Assembly (NCBI GenBank): GCA_033442325.1
Contig: JAWQFM010000034.1
Coordinates: 522,347 to 586,346 of the forward strand
DNA length: 64,000 bases
From: Salpingoeca rosetta
Taxonomy: Eukaryota; Protista; Choanoflagellata
Reading direction: 5' to 3'
The notes beneath the pieces were generated by a model. The model worked only from the letters and a program-made list of their open reading frames with translations, was not told the DNA's origin and searched no databases. Shown here one piece after another: positions 58,629 through 64,000 of the stretch (positions within the stretch are counted from its first letter, which is position 1; each line of letters opens with the position of its first letter). The position numbers were made by a program, and so were the translations under genes.

Positions 58629-61600
58629 ATGGACGCGCTCTCGCGGGTCCTCTCCGTCCGAGTGGACCTCCACAGCAAGGAAAAGGCATACCAACAGGAT
58701 GCAGCTGCACTGTATGCTTGGATTGACGCCAAAACCACCTGGCTCAGGTCCTGTCCTGTCGACGCGCTCCTCTCCAAGCGCGCCATCGCCAGCAACAGCA
58801 ACCGGCCGCAGCAAGCCAGCACTCAAACCGCCGCCACCCACGACGACGACACCGTTGCAACAACCCCCCTCTTCTCGCAGCAGCTCATCTCCCACTTGAA
58901 AGAGGACCGCCCGGACCATGCGTCTCGCCTGGCGCGGCTGGGCCGCCTGTTCTCCGATATCCAGCTGCAGCGCCATCTGCATGGCATGCACCCGTTCTCG
59001 CCAACCACAGCAGCAGCAGCAACAGCAGCAGTGACCGCCGCCTCCGTCTCCCTGTCCATGGCGTCACTCGAGCTCAAGTGGCAGGCACTTCTGGACGCGG
59101 AGAAGGCGGCCATTGAGCGTGCCACGCGCGTGACGGCGGATGCTGCGCAGCAGGCGCAAACCATCCGCGCACTTGAAGCCAAGGCTTCGCTGGTTGAGCG
59201 GCACCTCTCCCGTGCAGAGCAGCGGCTCACCGCCCTTTCTTCCAAAGGTGCCAATGACACCGCCACCGCTGACGGTGCCGCTGCTTGTACCGAGTGCGCT
59301 GTGCAGGTGTACAAGAGCCTGCTGCACGTTGGCGTGCGCGTGCACACGTTGCTGGGTGCCGTCAACACTGCGCTGGAGCAGCAGGCGGCCGACCAAGGCG
59401 GTGAAGAGCCGGCTAGCATGGCATCCTTGTCGCAGAGTGCGCGTGCATCAATCTCCACGCCTACACCAAAGACAGCAGCGTCGTCATCGTCATCGTCATC
59501 GTCATCGTCTGCGCTGTCGGCCCAGCGTGCGCGCGCGTATGAGCTGCAGCAGCGGTGGTCGCGGCTGTGCGACGAGGCCGGCATGCACGTTCGCCGGTCC
59601 CGCGGTCGTGCTGCCGCTGCACAGGTGATGTCACGGCTGCGCAGCTTGGATACAGGGGTGACTCGCATCACCGCTATCGCCGGCACTGCTGCCACTGCCA
59701 CCGATACAGCCTTGTCCGCGTCCTCATCGTCCACGTCGTCGTTGTTGACCGGCGCTGGTGCTGCCGATGCTGTTGCCGAGACGCGTGTGCAGGCCATGCG
59801 CCAGACACTGGACGCATGCGAGCAAGAGGCAACGAGATTACACGACACGGTTGAGGCGCACGTGCTCGCCGCCCTCTCGCAACCCCTTCCTTCAACCGAT
59901 GAGGACAGCACCACATGCCCCAGTGCACCTGCCGCAACATCAACGTCAACAGCAAACGCCACATCATCAACGTCATCAACATCAACGTCGCTGGCGTCGC
60001 TTCAGCCCGCCTCGTTCTGTGCACCGGTCAAGGCAGCGGCCAACACCATTCTTGCATCCGTTCGCAGTGCACGGCAGCAGCTGCGGGTGCAGCTGGACGC
60101 CGCCAAGTCGCACGTGACGCACATGGCCCTCTGTGACGCTGCGCGTGCACTGCATGAGCGCATGGATTGCCTGCAGGCAACGCTGGTGAGCTCGCTGGAG
60201 TGGCCACGCGAGGACGGCACGGCAGCCACCACAACTGCGGCTGCCATGACCGGGTGCTTGTCGCCCACCATCAAGGACGATGCCATTGCCAGTCTGCTTG
60301 AGCTCACGACCGCCCAGCCGCCACTCGCCACGGCTAACAACACCACAAATGGTGGCGGCGGCGGTGGTGATGGTGGTGGTGATGGTGGTGGTGAGAGTGA
60401 CAGCAGCGCTCAGCGCGCACTGGTATCATTCTCGGGGCACCAGCAGGCGCTGTCCGCGTTGCCGCGTGTGCTTGATGTGCAGCACGTGGGCGGGGTTGTG
60501 TCGCGCCACCAGGTGTCACTGCTGGATCTCTCCCGTGAACTCGCCCTCCTCACGTCGCAGGCACGCTCCGTCGCACCAGCCACCCCGGCACAGGAGGCGC
60601 CAGCCACACCGGTGGACACTGCAAGCGCGGGATGCAGTGTGCACGAGCTGCTGCGCCGGGCGGAGCGGAAGATGGGCGCTTACCGCGCTGGCGTGGCGCG
60701 TGCACGCGCGTTTCTCATTGCCGTTCGCAGGGTGAGCGGGGTGGCGGAGGCGACAGCACGAGTTGCGCGTACCGCAGAGGACGTGCAGCGGCAAGTGCTC
60801 GCAGCCTGCCCAGCACCCAACGGCACCAGGGGTGGTGATGGTGATGCAGATGTGGGGACAGCTGCAGCCACCGTCACAGGAGCTGTGCCGCCTGATATTG
60901 CCACACCACCCGCATCGCCACCGCTACCACCGTCACCAACTGCAACAACTGCAACAGCAACAGCTGCAGATGGGGGCAAGAGCGGGTCGAAGCATGTGCA
61001 GTCGCCTGCGTCTTCGCTGTCGAGTGCACGTGCCCGCTCGCACCTGCGTGTGAGTGTGCGCGGGCTTCAGTCTCGAGCAAAGGCGCTGCTGCTGGATGTC
61101 ACGGCGAAGATTGCGCAGAGCAGCAAGAGCAGCACGGCGGCTGCGAGCGGCGCAAACACCACATCCGCCGCCAGCCCACACGTTGCTCGCAAGACCCACG
61201 ACCAGCAGCAGCAACAACAGCAACAGCAGCCGTCAGGTTTGAATGTGCACCTTCTGCAAGTGCCAGACCAGCAGCAGCAGCAGCAGAAGAAAGATTCCGG
61301 GGTGGCCTCCACACAGGGCCGCCAGCCTGCCGGTGCCAGCGTGGATACGCGCCGTGAGCAGGCTGCCCTGCTGGTGGCGCAGCTGACGCTTGACGGCGTG
61401 CTGTCCATGTGTGACGCGTGCATGGCGTGGCTGGATGATGCGCAGGCGTCAGAGGACGTGCGGGCAACGCGGGAGGCGGCAGCAGCGCAACTGGCTGGCC
61501 TGTGCCACCGCGCCGATCGCACCATCTCAGCTGCAGCAACAACAGCACAGGCCACAGCAAGATCAGATGACGCAGTGAGTGCAACAGCATTGACAGCAGC

Positions 61601-64000
61601 AGCAACAACAACAACAGCAACAACACACGGAGGTGGTGCTGCTGCGAGTGTGCATCGACAGCTTGCGCGCGCCATTCGCACCATGGTGCAGAGCGGGAAT
61701 GCCAGCGACGGGATTGCTGTTGTGGGCGCGCCTGTGGCAGCGGTGGAGGCGGCGCTTGCTGCCGCGGCCAAGCTCGATGCCATTGCCCAAGCAGAAGAAT
61801 TTGTCGAGGAGCACAGGCGCGTGTTGATGTCGCTCGTTGACTCCCTGGACGCCGTTGACAGAGCGTACCACCGCAACAATCAGCGTGATGATGACGACAA
61901 AGGCAGTGATGCTGGTGCTGGTGCTGGTGCTGGTGCCAATGAACGGCAGCAAGAGAACGATGGTGCAATGAATGCGCTATGGGACGACGTGTCGGTGTCG
62001 GATGCGAGCGCGGTGCTGCTGTTGCTGCAGCGCCGCCTGCACACCGCCGCCACATGTACGCAGCAGCTGGAGCTCATTCACGTCAAGCTGACGCAGCTGC
62101 AAACGCAGGTGGTGAGCGAACACGCGCGTGGTGGCGACAGCCAGGACACCGGTGATAACACGAGCACCTCCGGCGCTGCTGCCGCCAAACACAGCAGCAG
62201 CAGCAGCAGCAGCTTGGGGGATGCTGGTGCTGGCCGATTGCGTGGTGAGATTGCAGGCGTCATTGCGCGGGTGGTGCAGCAGCAGCAGCTGTGGCGTGCA
62301 CGCCAGGCTGTGACGGACAAGTGCTTGCACACCATCACCAGCGCGTGTGCGCTCATGCATGCAGAGGTGGCGGTGCGCGACGCAGATGCAGCCGTGCAGC
62401 GTGTGCTGTCGTCGTGGGTGGAGCAGCCACTGCTCTCCAACGCAACCGACGGTGCGAGTGACAGGTCGTCGACTAGTGCGGGCAATGATGGCACCAGTCT
62501 GGCCAGTGCTGACGTGGTTAGTGTCATAGGTACCATGGTGCACGACGCTGTCTCGACCGCAGAACAATGCCTGCAACAGCAGCAACAGCAGCAGCAGCAG
62601 CACGGCATCGACAACGACAACCGTGACACCACCGCACTGCCGTCGCCATCAAGTGCGCTGGCAGCGGCGGTTGGCGTATCTGCACGCACGGCGCACGTCA
62701 TCGCCGTGCTGGCGCAGCGTGTGTCCGCAGCACAGGCACCAGCATCCACACGTCGTGAGAGCGACGCTGTGGTGCGTGTGGAGGGCCTTGTGCAGCAATT
62801 GCAGCAACGTCAACAGCTGCTGACCTCGGCCTGCCCACTCTTGTCCAAGCAGCGCGCGCTCGTGTCCGTGCTTGCAGGCATGCGTGGCGAGGTGCAAGCG
62901 CTGCTGGCTGCTTGTCCCACGCCGTCCGTTGTCGTGTCAGCGGACCAGGTCCAGCGGACACTCGCCAGCGCACAACGCAGTGCCGAAGAGTGCACACGCA
63001 TCGACACCCACGCCACACGCCTGCAGTCGGAGTGCGAGGCCGTGTACAACGCCCTTGTGGACCTCACCACCACCGCGAGCAATGGCGCAGGCCGTTCAAC
63101 GAACACCGCGGCCGTGTTCATCTCCGCGGACGCGTTGACAAACGTTGGTCGCCATCGCAGTTGCGGTGATAGCGAGCAGGATGATGGTTGTGGTGATGGT
63201 GATGACGACGACGACGACGATGCTGATGCATCAACAGCATCTGCGCACAGTGTGGTTGATCTGTGCCAGCGCGTGTGTGCGCGTGCGCGTGCAGGCAACG
63301 AGTTTCTCGGCGCCATTCAGCGCCATTATCAACAGCGGCTGCAGCTGTTGGCCGTGCATGCGCGCGTGCGGGATGTGCTCACGTCCCTCAACACGACCTC
63401 GACCCCCGCCGCCGGCCCCGTGGCGACGCCAAGTCGCGTGTGGGAGACGCTGCGTGACACGCTGGACCAAGTGGAGATGGAGCTTGCACACGTGAGCCCA
63501 TCAGCTGGCACAAACACCACAGAAGCAGCCGACGCAGCAGAAACCACGACCACACTGCCTGCCGCTCTGAACAGCGTGGTGTCGGCGGCCGCGTCACTGC
63601 TGTCCTCTGTGCACGCGAACGTTGAGCATGACCTTGAGCGCGCGCGCCAGCAGCTGCGCGCCAAGGAGGCGAAGATGAAGGCCGTGCAGCAGCAGCGCCT
63701 TGCACGCGACGAGATGCTGGCGCGCGTGGCAGCGGCTGGCACGGTGGGCGCAGAGGTGGAGCGTGTGCGCCGGCAGGTGGAGGGTGTTGCTGTGTATGGT
63801 CACCTGAGCGGCAGCGAGCTGAAGGGCAAGCACCGTGTGCTTGAGTCGCTCCTGGTGCAGGTTGACGCGCTTGAAGCCCAGCTCGCCCAAACTCAAACTC
63901 AACCCCAAGCTCAACCCGAACCCCAAACCGACACGCGCGCGGCGCCAAGTGGTGCCTCGGCCTCTACTTTGACGACAAACATGCACCACGAAGGCTACGA
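58629..64000 (+). CDS. Very long intronless ORF (>1790 codons, runs off the window); Ala-rich helical protein with degenerate spectrin-repeat-like motifs
   Basis: ATG at 58629. The frame appears open to 64000 (absent from the ORF track because it has no stop). Trp-centred helices YQQDAAALYAWIDAKTTWL, LELKWQALLD, ELQQRWSRLCDE, CMAWLDDAQ and MNALWDDV. Confidence 0.75.
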   Translation, partial: MDALSRVLSVRVDLHSKEKAYQQDAAALYAWIDAKTTWLRSCPVDALLSKRAIASNSNRPQQASTQTAATHDDDTVATTPLFSQQLISHLKEDRPDHASRLARLGRLFSDIQLQRHLHGMHPFSPTTAAAATAAVTAASVSLSMASLELKWQALLDAEKAAIERATRVTADAAQQAQTIRALEAKASLVERHLSRAEQRLTALSSKGANDTATADGAAACTECAVQVYKSLLHVGVRVHTLLGAVNTALEQQAADQGGEEPASMASLSQSARASISTPTPKTAASSSSSSSSSSALSAQRARAYELQQRWSRLCDEAGMHVRRSRGRAAAAQVMSRLRSLDTGVTRITAIAGTAATATDTALSASSSSTSSLLTGAGAADAVAETRVQAMRQTLDACEQEATRLHDTVEAHVLAALSQPLPSTDEDSTTCPSAPAATSTSTANATSSTSSTSTSLASLQPASFCAPVKAAANTILASVRSARQQLRVQLDAAKSHVTHMALCDAARALHERMDCLQATLVSSLEWPREDGTAATTTAAAMTGCLSPTIKDDAIASLLELTTAQPPLATANNTTNGGGGGGDGGGDGGGESDSSAQRALVSFSGHQQALSALPRVLDVQHVGGVVSRHQVSLLDLSRELALLTSQARSVAPATPAQEAPATPVDTASAGCSVHELLRRAERKMGAYRAGVARARAFLIAVRRVSGVAEATARVARTAEDVQRQVLAACPAPNGTRGGDGDADVGTAAATVTGAVPPDIATPPASPPLPPSPTATTATATAADGGKSGSKHVQSPASSLSSARARSHLRVSVRGLQSRAKALLLDVTAKIAQSSKSSTAAASGANTTSAASPHVARKTHDQQQQQQQQQPSGLNVHLLQVPDQQQQQQKKDSGVASTQGRQPAGASVDTRREQAALLVAQLTLDGVLSMCDACMAWLDDAQASEDVRATREAAAAQLAGLCHRADRTISAAATTAQATARSDDAVSATALTAAATTTTATTHGGGAAASVHRQLARAIRTMVQSGNASDGIAVVGAPVAAVEAALAAAAKLDAIAQAEEFVEEHRRVLMSLVDSLDAVDRAYHRNNQRDDDDKGSDAGAGAGAGANERQQENDGAMNALWDDVSVSDASAVLLLLQRRLHTAATCTQQLELIHVKLTQLQTQVVSEHARGGDSQDTGDNTSTSGAAAAKHSSSSSSSLGDAGAGRLRGEIAGVIARVVQQQQLWRARQAVTDKCLHTITSACALMHAEVAVRDADAAVQRVLSSWVEQPLLSNATDGASDRSSTSAGNDGTSLASADVVSVIGTMVHDAVSTAEQCLQQQQQQQQQHGIDNDNRDTTALPSPSSALAAAVGVSARTAHVIAVLAQRVSAAQAPASTRRESDAVVRVEGLVQQLQQRQQLLTSACPLLSKQRALVSVLAGMRGEVQALLAACPTPSVVVSADQVQRTLASAQRSAEECTRIDTHATRLQSECEAVYNALVDLTTTASNGAGRSTNTAAVFISADALTNVGRHRSCGDSEQDDGCGDGDDDDDDDADASTASAHSVVDLCQRVCARARAGNEFLGAIQRHYQQRLQLLAVHARVRDVLTSLNTTSTPAAGPVATPSRVWETLRDTLDQVEMELAHVSPSAGTNTTEAADAAETTTTLPAALNSVVSAAASLLSSVHANVEHDLERARQQLRAKEAKMKAVQQQRLARDEMLARVAAAGTVGAEVERVRRQVEGVAVYGHLSGSELKGKHRVLESLLVQVDALEAQLAQTQTQPQAQPEPQTDTRAAPSGASASTLTTNMHHEGY

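Overview
Eukaryotic, intron-rich, GC-rich genomic DNA saturated with (CA/TG)n and (CAA/TTG)n microsatellites. The style and gene content fit a choanoflagellate such as Salpingoeca rosetta (inference, not a database result). Most ORFs in the ORF track are microsatellite artefacts. Manual splicing gives about 11 genes: a hypothetical gene (-, runs off the left edge); three paralogous LRR-ectodomain / single-TM / TKL Ser/Thr receptor kinases (2725-8353 -, 17716-23441 +, 48956-53905 +); an SLC12A9-like cation-chloride cotransporter (-); a large secretory-pathway protein apparently built from three tandem methyltransferase-like + kinase-like modules (-); signal peptide peptidase (+); an SLC25 amino-acid-type mitochondrial carrier (+); DNAJC11 (+); a G-protein beta subunit (+); and an intronless >1790-codon spectrin-repeat-like ORF running off the right edge. 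Highlights: (1) a ~0.74 kb compositionally foreign, hairpin-rich, non-coding segment (39381-40119) sits where the carrier's missing first repeat should be; (2) the triple MTase-kinase (WbdD-like architecture) secretory protein; (3) an LRR receptor kinase family with a shared N-terminal Cys-bracketed pro-segment plus RxRR furin-type site, divergent ectodomains and near-identical (gene-converted) kinase blocks; (4) introns with (GT)n near the donor and (CA)n near pyrimidine-poor acceptors.
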